This document shows, in pieces, positions 52,401 to 61,417 of a DNA stretch of 64,000 nt. The translations under genes and the position numbers were made by a program. Within the stretch, counting starts at the first letter, position 1. Each line of letters begins with the position of its first letter. Source of the stretch: Candidatus Binatia bacterium (GTDB lineage Bacteria; Desulfobacterota; Binatia; HRBIN30); NCBI GenBank assembly GCA_038245295.1, contig JBBRSP010000018.1:41697-105696 (forward strand), given 5' to 3'. Below the pieces are notes generated by a model. That model was not told the origin of the DNA. It made no database searches and saw only the letters and a program-made list of their open reading frames with translations.

Positions 52401-54318
52401 TGAGGGCGTACGTGCCAACCCCCTGCAGCCAACGGCGTAGCACCGGGTACATCGCCAGGCCGAGAATTTCGAGCAGGCCCACCAGCAGCACGAAACTCAA
52501 AACGCCGGAATGGATCGGCTCATTTTGCGCCGGGGCCGACGCTCCATTGTCGCCGCCCGGACGCATGGCAAGAATATCGTCACGCGTCAGCGGCTTCGAA
52601 GGAATGCTGCGCTTGAGGATCTTGTCGGCGATCGTCGCGGCGTCGAGCTTCCCGGTGTTTTGGAAGAAGACGACCTTCGGATGGTCGTAGACGGTCAGAG
52701 ATTCATCGGCCAACTCGTCGGGCACTTCGATCCCGAACAGCGTCGGACGCGACGCTGTTTCGTGAATCATCGTGTAACCAAGATCGCCGGCGAAGAGCTG
52801 ATAGAAGTAGTGGCTGGTGTAGGGATAGCTGCGCCGCTCCGGACGCTTCGGGTCAGCTTCCGGGGCACGCGTGATGGCGCCATAGAGACGCTTGGTCTGG
52901 AACACGATGTAGTCGGAGCTGGCCAATTCCTTGGCGAGCTTTTGCACTTTGGCCGGATTATCGGGGATGTCGTAATAGGGGAACGCCACGATCGTGTAGC
53001 GTGACGGGTTGGTGTTCGGCCCCGGCAGAGCGAACGGGAACCCCTCGTCCCAATCCTGCGTCATCACACGGCTGCCCGGCGGAACGTGCGAGTAGAACCA
53101 CTCCGACGCCGTCACCACCGTGTGCGGCCGCGTGTACGTTGCCGTAAACGCCAGCGTTGCGGCAACCGTCCCGACAATCACCAGCGGTAACCCGAGTCGC
53201 CCGATGATCGAGCGGCGCTCGTAGCGCGTCACCAGCCAATCACCGGCCCACAGGGCGAGCATCGGATAGATCGGCAACAGGTAGCGCGGAAACTTTACCT
53301 CGAACCAACCGGAGATCAGGAAGAACGGAATGACCCACGACAACAGAACCCAGTCGGCCGCGCGGCGCGTGCGCCAGGCGGTTACCGGTCGGGTTGCCGT
53401 CGCCCACACCGCTACCACACCGAATAGCGGCGCCATGCCCCACAACACGAGCTCCTTCAGCTCGTAGAAGTACTTCGGGACATTCATGTACTGGGTCGTG
53501 TACGGCATCGCCCCGGCATTACGCACCATGTTGCTCTGCTCGCGGACGTTGGCGATGAACTTCGAGTTGAGAAAATAATTCGCCATGGTGCGCGGCTCGC
53601 CACCGTTGAGAATCGCGAAGGGCTCGGAGAAGAAAAACGCCGCTACCACAGCCAGGGTCGCCAGCACTACACCTTTGGCGGCGGCGATGAATCCAACACG
53701 GCGCCAGCTTGCCAGGCCGGCAACGGCGAGGGTCAGCAGCAAGGGCATGGCGCTGAACTTGGAGCCGATCGCCATACCGATGAACAAGCCACCGACGACG
53801 AAACGCCACAGCTTGCCGTCTTCCGCAGCCAGAGCCAATTGGCCCGCCGCCATCAGCACGAAGAACGTCAGGGTGACGTCGACCGTCGCGAAACGCGAAT
53901 TTTGCACGTGTAGGGCCGCCGCGGCGAGCAGGATGCCGGCCGCCAGGCCGCTCGAATCTCCGTACAGTCGCCGGCCGATGACCATCGTCAGGAACACGGT
54001 GAGGATTCCGAAGATGGCGGACACCTGACGCCCGCTGATGATGCAGCCGTCGTAACCGCAGGTGCCACCGGTCAACCGTGCCGTAACTTCGCAGGTGCCA
54101 CGCGTCAGATAGATCGGCAGCGATCCGTAGTTGAACCAGTCCGGGTTCAAATCGCTCAACGACAGCTTGAGCGCCGCATTGGCAATGGCGCGCTCATCGG
54201 GATGGAACAGGTGGTTCTGATCCCATACGATGTTCGGCAGCCGCACGGCCGCCGCAAACAACACGATCCCGACCATCCACAGGCGCGGGCTCAACCACCA
54301 AGAACGGGATTCGTTCAT
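49477..54318 (-). CDS. Fusion of GT39-like glycosyltransferase, DUF2298 (YYY) domain and NHL repeats
   Basis: FHPDE...NP.WFNYGSLP.YL; GEKPMDF, PP.EPW, HYSYFGY, TINEYP, DLHAH, RMNT.FKFY, TGLPTVLGW; NHL repeats; overlaps next gene by 14 bp. Confidence 0.85.
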   Translation of the reverse strand: MNESRSWWLSPRLWMVGIVLFAAAVRLPNIVWDQNHLFHPDERAIANAALKLSLSDLNPDWFNYGSLPIYLTRGTCEVTARLTGGTCGYDGCIISGRQVSAIFGILTVFLTMVIGRRLYGDSSGLAAGILLAAAALHVQNSRFATVDVTLTFFVLMAAGQLALAAEDGKLWRFVVGGLFIGMAIGSKFSAMPLLLTLAVAGLASWRRVGFIAAAKGVVLATLAVVAAFFFSEPFAILNGGEPRTMANYFLNSKFIANVREQSNMVRNAGAMPYTTQYMNVPKYFYELKELVLWGMAPLFGVVAVWATATRPVTAWRTRRAADWVLLSWVIPFFLISGWFEVKFPRYLLPIYPMLALWAGDWLVTRYERRSIIGRLGLPLVIVGTVAATLAFTATYTRPHTVVTASEWFYSHVPPGSRVMTQDWDEGFPFALPGPNTNPSRYTIVAFPYYDIPDNPAKVQKLAKELASSDYIVFQTKRLYGAITRAPEADPKRPERRSYPYTSHYFYQLFAGDLGYTMIHETASRPTLFGIEVPDELADESLTVYDHPKVVFFQNTGKLDAATIADKILKRSIPSKPLTRDDILAMRPGGDNGASAPAQNEPIHSGVLSFVLLVGLLEILGLAMYPVLRRWLQGVGTYALSKTLGVLIFAYIAWLLASLGLASFTQSVLTVEVLIFAVVGFVLLRRGVAVPTPGREIVATEGLFWGVFLLFLFARMYNPEVYWGEKPMDFSFLNAISRTTTLPPPEPWFSGSELHYSYFGYFVAAALGKTLNLDTAVMFNLGIATFAAMTVAGAFAAGCALTRRWSTGILASLFVMILANLSGPREAVQRSWNLNFDYFWATSRVIHDTINEYPLWSFLFADLHAHLMVMPFSLTFIALTIYWVRDRIIAPREPQPLGSSLLSLLLLSLTLGTITVTNTWSTPTYVLLFLFLSLTIWITEGQEHGAVGFAWGFLRRVVVLAALVVGLSVVLYWPYWHSFVAPESNFGWERLTPDKLAQPRDFLQIWGVFLFILVPFVLTLWARALRRSDNTTTLTRRLTVVAIFGLIVAGFYASTRVGMTVLFLVGLQLLLSPRLERRWRLPIALATFGFAVTAGTDFVYVWDRMNTIFKFYLETWFLFSLAAAAAVQALWNGEVGGGVLRRLWQGVLVVLFAVAAFTSVTAVYGVIQTNRVQTPKPTLDGRAYLQQKSPDEYAAFKWLNQNIQGIPVILEAHGDSYQEFTRVSMNTGLPTVLGWGYHVYQRAHAWPDINRRKADIQTAYLSESKDEVGAILERYHVALVFVGGLERRTYAGGNLQRFQEWTDLLTPVYQNAGVTVFAVNGNFAGATPVSTIEDVPSEPEGKEPPRAADAPGVVSQPRGVAVNAEGQIIVADFGNHRIQLYGRDLSFVRNWGKQGELPGQFKEPCGVAASPSGEIFVADTWNQRVQVFGNDGKYLREFASGFYGPRGIAVDSKGAVFVADTGNNRIVRFSAAGQKEVEWGAKGSEPGKFFEPDGLAVAPDGTVFVADNGNGRMQVFSRDGQFQSEFPVKGLESKVFSEPQVAVDGRGNVWVTVSGDKEVRSYDRSGKLLVTIKDNSIPGVHFETPMGVAYSAAAKELVITDLENRIVRIPNVDR

Positions 54319-54599
54319 AAGTTCAACGCAACTTCTCCGTTAAACGGCCGGCCCAAATGGCCTGCCGCACGATCAAAGCAGCCACAGGTAGATATGGCGG
54401 CGTCGAGAGTCCATCCCCCCGCCCCACAGTGCAATTTGTAGCGAAGCCCATGTCCATTCCGGTCGCCGTCGACGCGACGACCTACGCTGTTTGCCTTACC
54501 GGGGGGAGCAAGGCAACGGCTGGAGTTCCGCCAAGCAGCATCCTCCCGGCCCGACAGCCACGGTCGCCAGCGGCGCGGCGCTGGGTTAGGGTCGTGCCT

Positions 54600-55847
54600 A
54601 TGCAACCTGCTGACGCACCAATCGTCAATCTCGCCATCGCCTTCGGCATCGGGCTGCTGATCGGTGCCGAGCGCGAGCGGCGCAAGGGCGAAGGACCGTC
54701 GCGCTCGCCGGCCGGTGTTCGGACGTTTGCGATCGGGTCCATGCTTGGTGCCGTCAGCATGTTGCTCGGCGGCGTGGTACTGCTGGCCGTGAGCCTGATC
54801 GGCAGCGCCGCACTTTTGGCAATCGCCTACCAGCGCACGCGGCAGAGGGACCCCGGGCTAACGACCGAGGTGGCGCTGTTGCTGACCGTCCTGCTGGGCG
54901 GATTGGCGTTGCGTCAACCGGCGATCGCCGCCGGTCTGGGCGCGGCGGTCACGGGGCTACTCGCCGCCCGCGTCCGGCTGCATTACTTCGTGCGCGATGC
55001 CCTCAGCGAGGAGGAAATGAACGACGCCGTGATCTTCGCCGCTGCGATTCTGGTCGTTCTGCCGCTGGTGCCCGACCAGTACATGGGTCCCTTCCATGCC
55101 ATCAATCCACGTACGATCTGGAAGATCGTCATCGTCATGATGTCGATCAGCGCCGCCGGCTACGTCGCCGTGCGGATGTTCGGCGTACGCCTCGGCCTGC
55201 CGATTGCCGGCTTGGCGTCCGGGTTTGTTTCCAGTGCCGCCACCATCGGCTCGATGGGTGCGCGCGCCGCCCAGGAACCAAGCATCCTGCGCCCCGCCGT
55301 CGCCGGCGCCGTGCTCTCCACGGTGGCGACAGTTTGTGAGATGGCGATTGTGCTGGCGGCGACGAGCCTGGCGACGCTGCGATCGTTGGCGATTCCGCTG
55401 CTGTGTAGCGGCATCGTCGCGTGCGTCTATGGAACCTTGTTCACGATTCACACGATTCGCGGCAAAAACCCGCGCTCCCCTGAAAAGGGGCATGCCTTCC
55501 GGCTGCAGACTGCCCTGCTCTTCACGGCGACGATCGCCACCGTACTCGTCGCATCGGCAGCCCTGCATACGTGGTTCGGGCAAAATGGCGTCCTCGCCGC
55601 CGCCGCTATCGCCGGATTCGCCGACACACATTCCGCCGCGGTCTCCGTCGCGGCGCTGGTGGGTGCCGGGCGGCTGACCGCCACCCAAAGCACAATCCCG
55701 ATCCTCGCCGCGCTGAGCACCAACACCATCACCAAGATGGTCCTCGCCTGCACCAGCGGTGGAACGCGCTTCGCTCTGCAGATTATTCCGGGGCTCCTGC
55801 TCGTTGTGCTCGCCGCCTGGCTCGGCCTGTTCCTGACTCCGGCGTGA
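54600..55847 (+). CDS. MgtC/SapB + DUF4010 membrane protein
   Basis: IGLLIGAERE, AGVRTF, GLTTE, LPLVPD, INP..IW, GFVSS.A. Confidence 0.88.
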   Translation: MQPADAPIVNLAIAFGIGLLIGAERERRKGEGPSRSPAGVRTFAIGSMLGAVSMLLGGVVLLAVSLIGSAALLAIAYQRTRQRDPGLTTEVALLLTVLLGGLALRQPAIAAGLGAAVTGLLAARVRLHYFVRDALSEEEMNDAVIFAAAILVVLPLVPDQYMGPFHAINPRTIWKIVIVMMSISAAGYVAVRMFGVRLGLPIAGLASGFVSSAATIGSMGARAAQEPSILRPAVAGAVLSTVATVCEMAIVLAATSLATLRSLAIPLLCSGIVACVYGTLFTIHTIRGKNPRSPEKGHAFRLQTALLFTATIATVLVASAALHTWFGQNGVLAAAAIAGFADTHSAAVSVAALVGAGRLTATQSTIPILAALSTNTITKMVLACTSGGTRFALQIIPGLLLVVLAAWLGLFLTPA

Positions 55848-55996
55848 GGCGCTGACCAATCCGGCACTAGAGTTTGGGCGACTCGGCTCGTAGATTGAGG
55901 TGCCGACGAGGATCAATCAGGCATGGGAGGCGAACATTACCCCGCTATCATGAACACGATCCGCGAGGTGGCCCGTCCCTTCTCGGAGGTATCTCG

Positions 55997-57160
55997 TTAA
56001 CGTGCAACCAGAGGTTGTGCCGCCAGCTCTTCGAACAGTTGCTCGTACTGCCGCACCGACAACTCAGGGGCGAACGTCGCGCCGACATCCTCGATGGACC
56101 GCTCGTAAACAGTCGGTTGCTGCAGTACCCGCAGCAGTGCGGCACTGAGAGCAGCGGAGTCGTGCGGTGCCACCACCTCACCCATGCCCGTGCGCCGCAC
56201 CGCCTCGCGAACCCCCGGAAGATCGGTGGCGACGACTGGCGTGCCACACAACATGGCCTCGGCCTGCACCATGCCGAAAGCTTCGGTGGCATTGAGACTG
56301 GTGACGGCGAGGACATCACACAAGGAATAGAACGACGGCATCTCTTCATCGCTCAGGAGATCGAGGAAGATGAGCCGGTCGCGTTGTTGATCGATGAGTG
56401 GCTCGAGACGGCGGCGGTAGTCTTCCTCGCCGACGGTATCTTTGTAGGCTCCGGTAAAGACGACTTGCACATCCGGAATCTGCGCCGCGATCGCCGGCAA
56501 GGCCTCGAGGAGATACTCGACGCCCTTCTCCGCAGCGAACCGCGCCGCAAAGCCGATTGTCGGACGCTCTCCCAGCGACCAGCGCTGCGCCATTCGTTGC
56601 GAGATCTCCGCCTGCAACGGTGGCAACTCGATCGGCGGCAAAATCGCCCTGACCTTCGACAGGTAACGCGACAGGTAGTCCGAGTGACTCGCGTAATCGT
56701 CCGTCGACGCAACGACACGATCAGCCAGGCGCGCCGCCAGATGATTCATCGGCACCAGGCTGCCCTCGACGACACGGTTGGTGAGTCCTTCGGGAAGCTT
56801 GAGGTCGCAGTGATAGGTCAACACCACGGGACGACGTAAGGCGCGCGCGAGGATGGCCAGGAGCGCCGATTCGAGCTGCGGCATGTGGATATTGACGACA
56901 TCGTGTTGCGGCACCAGTGCCGCCGCGTAGAGCGGGAACAATGGCATCACGACACCCTTGCTCAACTTGCGTAGGATCGGTACGCGACGCACGTCGACAC
57001 CGTCGACCATCTCGCGCACCGGCAACGCCGGGTGGAATTGTGATGTCAGCAACGTCACTTGATGGCCGCGCTGCGCCAGGCCACGCGCCAGACGCTGACC
57101 ATAGATGGTCAGGCCGCTGACGTGTGGCCGGTAATACGTCAGGGCGATCAGGATACGCAT
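55997..57160 (-). CDS. Glycosyltransferase family 4 (GT-B)
   Basis: YYRPHVSGL, EKGVEYL, EAFGMVQAEAM.CGTPVVA.DLPGV. Confidence 0.92.
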   Translation of the reverse strand: MRILIALTYYRPHVSGLTIYGQRLARGLAQRGHQVTLLTSQFHPALPVREMVDGVDVRRVPILRKLSKGVVMPLFPLYAAALVPQHDVVNIHMPQLESALLAILARALRRPVVLTYHCDLKLPEGLTNRVVEGSLVPMNHLAARLADRVVASTDDYASHSDYLSRYLSKVRAILPPIELPPLQAEISQRMAQRWSLGERPTIGFAARFAAEKGVEYLLEALPAIAAQIPDVQVVFTGAYKDTVGEEDYRRRLEPLIDQQRDRLIFLDLLSDEEMPSFYSLCDVLAVTSLNATEAFGMVQAEAMLCGTPVVATDLPGVREAVRRTGMGEVVAPHDSAALSAALLRVLQQPTVYERSIEDVGATFAPELSVRQYEQLFEELAAQPLVAR

Positions 57161-57199
57161 CGCGGACTCGTGAACAACAGACGTCGAGGTGGGAACACC

Positions 57200-59314
57200 T
57201 CAGCGCTGATAGATCGTCGTCGCACCGTGGGTGAACGCCACCGGCAAGGAGGCGAACTTCTCGACTCCCTTGTAGTCCTTTCGCTCCAGCTCACCGACGG
57301 CGATGTACTTCACGTGATACTTGTCGAGCAGACTCGTCACCTCGTCGAGACCCTTGGCGTTGTAGATCTGTTGCACGTCGGTGACGCGTTTGTTGACCTC
57401 TTCGTCATGGCTGCGCCACAGACCTTCGTGGTTCGCCCAGCCCATGACCGTCGGCAGCCCGGTGTTGCTGGAGAACCGCGCATAATACGAATAGGGATGG
57501 TAGGACGCTTCGAGGATGACCGGCAGCCCCTGGACGTTCTTGCGCAACCATTCGATGGCGGCGAAATCGTCGGGGTGCTCGCGTGTCATGTACTCATTGC
57601 CGTCCAGTGTCGGTGGAATGAAACGGTTGCTCGTGCGCGTTAGCGTCACACCGATCGGATAGATCGCCGACGCGACGATGACGGCCGTACCGCCGATCCA
57701 GGCGACGCTACGCAGCCAGCCGCGCCCGGACAGCAAACGCGACAAGCACCATGGCGCCGCCACGGATAGAAGCAACCACGCCTGCAGGTAAAGTTTGAAG
57801 ACCGTATTCATCCGGTACAGCTTGTCGCCGTAGGGATCCTTGATGAAAACAAGCTCGCAGGCCAGCAACGCGGCACAGCCGGCCAACAAGATCAGTAAGG
57901 GGGCACGCTCGTCGTGGTCGTCGGTTGCGTAGGCGGCCATGAGCGCGGCACCCACCAACGCCGCCATCATGACGAAGACGGCTTTGCCCGACAGCAACGC
58001 CACCGCGACCGCTAGAAGGACGATCGCACCGACCAGTTGCCGGGCTTCGGCTTTGAGAGACACGCGCTCGCGGAAGAAACTCGACAGCAGCAGCGTCGGC
58101 GCAAACAACAAGCCACCGAAGACGGTGAGGAACTCGGCGGTCGATGTCGTCGCCCACTTCACACCTACACCACCCTGCGGCGCGTCGAAGTTGAGATAAA
58201 ACGGCAGGAAGAAGACGAACGAGCTGGCGACGATGGCGCCCACCATGGCGACCACTGAAATGCGGCCGCGCGACAACAGCGGCTGCACCGGCAGATAGCG
58301 ATGCAGCAGAAGACCCACCGTCATCGCGCCGACCGGCAGCTCCCAGGTGCTGATCGCCACCATGGCGCCGAGAACGAACGCGATCGGCAGATAGGCCAGC
58401 ACATCGGAGAACTTGCGCACACCATGCTCGCCGGGCTCGCGCAGACGCAACGGATCGAGCAGCAGCGCCAGCAGCAGGATGGTGACCGGCATGACCAGGA
58501 AGTGCGGGTGCAGGTCGCCGTGGATACTGGTGAAATACGGGAACTCGTTGATGGTGTCGCCTTGTGCAACGACACGCGACGAACGCCAGAAGTTGATCTC
58601 GGTGATCTTCCCCTTCTGCGACAGCTGCTCGACGACCTGCAGGAAACCGTCGAGGTTACCGAACACCATTGCCATCAAGCCGCCGAGAATACCGAACCAC
58701 AGCTTCTTGCAGACGATCCAGCCGACGGCGCACATCTCGGCGAACGCCGTCGCGGCGATCGTCGCGACACACAGGTTGTAGGAAATCGACGCCGCAAACG
58801 GGATCAGCCGCGCCAGATTGGCGTACATCAGGTAGCCGAAATAGTAGTAGTTGAAGACGACGCCCGACATCCACGGATCCTGCGGCGGCATCACTTCGGT
58901 GCGCAGCAGCGTGTTGTAGAAGGCGAAGTCCATGTACTTCTCTTGATCAACGATCCCAGGATTGAGGGACCGCTGCCAGGCGAAGAAGAAGAAACCCGCC
59001 GTCCACAGTGCTTCGAGGATCAGCAACTGACGCGCCCCGCCGTCGCGCCACCAGGCGCCGATTGCCTCGCGATCACGCATGCCGATCGCCACACTCGTCG
59101 CACCAAAGGCGATCAGGCTCAGCCAAAGTGCCGCCGTGTAGGGCACACCAAGGCAACCGACAACCCACGCCACCCAGGTGACGACGAGGATCGCGATGAT
59201 CTTGCCGAAGGCAACGCCCGGACCGGCGTAGGACCCAAGTAACCGCCGCGCGATGGGCAGGGCCAGTAATCCCAGGCCCTGCATCGCCAGCCACCAGATT
59301 AGTAGATGACTCAT
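57200..59314 (-). CDS. DUF2298 / YYY-motif membrane protein (putative GT-C)
   Basis: EKYMDF, PPQDPW, NYYYFGY, TINEFP, DLHPH, RMNTVFK.Y, TLDG, TGLPTVMGW. Confidence 0.9.
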   Translation of the reverse strand: MSHLLIWWLAMQGLGLLALPIARRLLGSYAGPGVAFGKIIAILVVTWVAWVVGCLGVPYTAALWLSLIAFGATSVAIGMRDREAIGAWWRDGGARQLLILEALWTAGFFFFAWQRSLNPGIVDQEKYMDFAFYNTLLRTEVMPPQDPWMSGVVFNYYYFGYLMYANLARLIPFAASISYNLCVATIAATAFAEMCAVGWIVCKKLWFGILGGLMAMVFGNLDGFLQVVEQLSQKGKITEINFWRSSRVVAQGDTINEFPYFTSIHGDLHPHFLVMPVTILLLALLLDPLRLREPGEHGVRKFSDVLAYLPIAFVLGAMVAISTWELPVGAMTVGLLLHRYLPVQPLLSRGRISVVAMVGAIVASSFVFFLPFYLNFDAPQGGVGVKWATTSTAEFLTVFGGLLFAPTLLLSSFFRERVSLKAEARQLVGAIVLLAVAVALLSGKAVFVMMAALVGAALMAAYATDDHDERAPLLILLAGCAALLACELVFIKDPYGDKLYRMNTVFKLYLQAWLLLSVAAPWCLSRLLSGRGWLRSVAWIGGTAVIVASAIYPIGVTLTRTSNRFIPPTLDGNEYMTREHPDDFAAIEWLRKNVQGLPVILEASYHPYSYYARFSSNTGLPTVMGWANHEGLWRSHDEEVNKRVTDVQQIYNAKGLDEVTSLLDKYHVKYIAVGELERKDYKGVEKFASLPVAFTHGATTIYQR

Positions 59315-59375
59315 GAGTCTTGGCGGAGTACCTGGAACGGCCGCCGATTTCAACGCGCCCGGCGTGACCGCATCG

Positions 59376-59406
59376 CTTGACATCCCAGCGTTACGCCGCG
59401 TAAGCG
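59376..59406 (+). promoter_or_regulatory. Putative promoter and operator of the RHH gene
   Basis: CTTGACA-N18-TAAGCG with TTACG-N3-CGTAA inverted repeat at 59391-59403. Confidence 0.5.
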
Positions 59407-59413
59407 CAGCATC

Positions 59414-59680
59414 ATGAGTCGCCCCCGTTCAACGTCTCTTGGTGGACCCATCGCCGCACGCCAACGCCGCGCCCCGCAGGTGCCGCTCAGTCAGGTGCGT
59501 ATGCATGATCTGCTTTCACCGACCCAGCCGGAACGCCCACGCCCCGGTCGCACCGTGCGCCTGCCGGCCGAGTTGCTCGATCAGGTGAAGCAAGTCGCCG
59601 ATCGGTACGGTACTAGTAAAACCGAAGCCTTGATTGCCCTGATCAACGAAGGACTCGCCGCCGCCAAGCGCCGCTCCTGA
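59414..59680 (+). CDS. Small ribbon-helix-helix (CopG-like) DNA-binding protein
   Basis: RTVRLPAELLDQVKQVADRYGTSKTEALIALINEGL. Confidence 0.7.
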   Translation: MSRPRSTSLGGPIAARQRRAPQVPLSQVRMHDLLSPTQPERPRPGRTVRLPAELLDQVKQVADRYGTSKTEALIALINEGLAAAKRRS

Positions 59681-59715
59681 TTGCGGTCCGATGGCGGAGG
59701 CGCCTCGCGAACCGC

Positions 59716-60996
59716 CTACGGCAGCAGCCGATGCAGCAGCGCCAGTAGCATGCCGATGAGACCGCCGACGACGGCGCCATTCAGCCGGATGTACTGGAGA
59801 TCGCCGCCGACACGATCCTCGATCTGACGTACCAACGTGGCCGTATCGAGCGCCTCGAGATTCTCACGCACCGTGACACCGATCTGATGATGATGCCGCC
59901 GCACCAGGGCTTCGACCGTCGAGCGCACCCAGCGATCGAATGACTCGCGGCGCGCCGGGTCAGCGAGCCATTCGCTGGCACCGCGTTCGACCTGGCGGTC
60001 GATGAGCCGACCGAGGTAACCGTCGTCGTCTTGGAGATCCTCGTCGAGTTGGCGCTGCACCCGCCCGAGCAACTCCGCAACGATGGGTTGCACTTCGAGA
60101 CTCTCGACCAAGGCGTTGCGCAATTGTTCGACTTGCCCGAGCGCGTCGGCATCACTGTTGGCCAGGCGCTCACCGAAGCTGCGGATCAGGCCGAAGACAT
60201 AGCCGCGCAAGGGATGATGCGTCTGCGTGGCAGCCAGCGACAACTCCGCCACGGCATAATCGCAGGCCGATTCCACCAGCTTGCGTTGCACCACCTTGCG
60301 GCGCAGCAGCATTGGCACCAGGCGTTTACCGTCGGCGTGTAGCTGCAGCGCGGCGCGATCGAGCCATTCTTCCAGGGCGGCCGTGGTATCCGGACGCGCC
60401 GCCAGATTGGCCATTGACTGAGCGGCACTGCGGAACGTCGTATCGAGATCGGGACTATCGCAGACGCGAATCAGCCAGCGGCCCGCCGACGAGCCAATCT
60501 CGACATCGCGCAGTTGGCGGCGCAGGGTCCGGTCGACAAACTCCGCCACCTCCGGTTCGTTCAGCATCCGCGCCACGGCGCGCATGAAGTCGCGCAGCGG
60601 CGCGCCGAGTCGTGCCGTGTGTGCGGGATCGTGCAGCCATTCGGTCATCACTTGACTGGGCGACAGATGCGCCAGGCGGGTCGTGATGACCTCGGGCGCC
60701 AACCACTCGTCCTGCACCATCGAGACGATACTCTCGACGATCTTGGCGCGGCGAGTCGGAATGATCGCCGTATGCGGAATCGGCAGGCCAAACGGATGGC
60801 GGAACAAAGCGCTGACGGCAAACCAGTCAGCCAGCCCGCCGACGAGCGCCGCATCGAAGCCGGCGCTCAGGAAGTCGAGCCAAGTAGCCCCGGCCCACGG
60901 CCCGGCATGGCGCAGCACCTGACAGATGACAGCACCGCCGGCAGCGAAGAGCAGGGAGATCGTGCCGATATGGTTGCGGCGCGGCGAATCAGACAT
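59716..60996 (-). CDS. DUF445 family membrane protein
   Basis: AALVGGLADWFAV.ALFRHP.GLPIPHTAIIP and DLQYIRLNGAVVGG. Confidence 0.92.
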   Translation of the reverse strand: MSDSPRRNHIGTISLLFAAGGAVICQVLRHAGPWAGATWLDFLSAGFDAALVGGLADWFAVSALFRHPFGLPIPHTAIIPTRRAKIVESIVSMVQDEWLAPEVITTRLAHLSPSQVMTEWLHDPAHTARLGAPLRDFMRAVARMLNEPEVAEFVDRTLRRQLRDVEIGSSAGRWLIRVCDSPDLDTTFRSAAQSMANLAARPDTTAALEEWLDRAALQLHADGKRLVPMLLRRKVVQRKLVESACDYAVAELSLAATQTHHPLRGYVFGLIRSFGERLANSDADALGQVEQLRNALVESLEVQPIVAELLGRVQRQLDEDLQDDDGYLGRLIDRQVERGASEWLADPARRESFDRWVRSTVEALVRRHHHQIGVTVRENLEALDTATLVRQIEDRVGGDLQYIRLNGAVVGGLIGMLLALLHRLLP

Positions 60997-61044
60997 TCGC
61001 TAATGATCTTAGCAGCTGGGCGAAACAACGGGACTGTATTTCAT

Positions 61045-61139
61045 CCAGGGCAAAGGGTCCTGCCCCCGTTTCCGCTGGCGCGACGCTTGGTTTCCTTGAT
61101 GAATTCCCCTGCCAGAAACGGGTTCTGTCCCCTTTTTCC
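61045..61139. repeat. ~95-bp repeat, copy 1
   Basis: Matches 62824-62919 in direct orientation with 5 substitutions and 1 indel by manual alignment. Confidence 0.9.
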
Positions 61140-61417
61140 CGCGCACCGCCGCAGCGATCGGCCTTCGAGAGGCAGACTTCTCAGACGGAATGCCAAGGTC
61201 ACCTCGCCAGATGGGCTGAGCGACAACCTCACCAATACCTAGGACACCGGGAACCTCCTTCCCACACCTGGGGACAATCGGACTCCGTCGCCCCCCCATG
61301 GCCCAAGACGCAGCAGACCACCGCTGCGCGGCAAGCAATATGCAGCACCCGACAAGGTGGGGGCCAATCGCAGGCCAATTGCCCGATTTGCAGGTCTGCT
61401 TGGAGGAGAATACGGCG

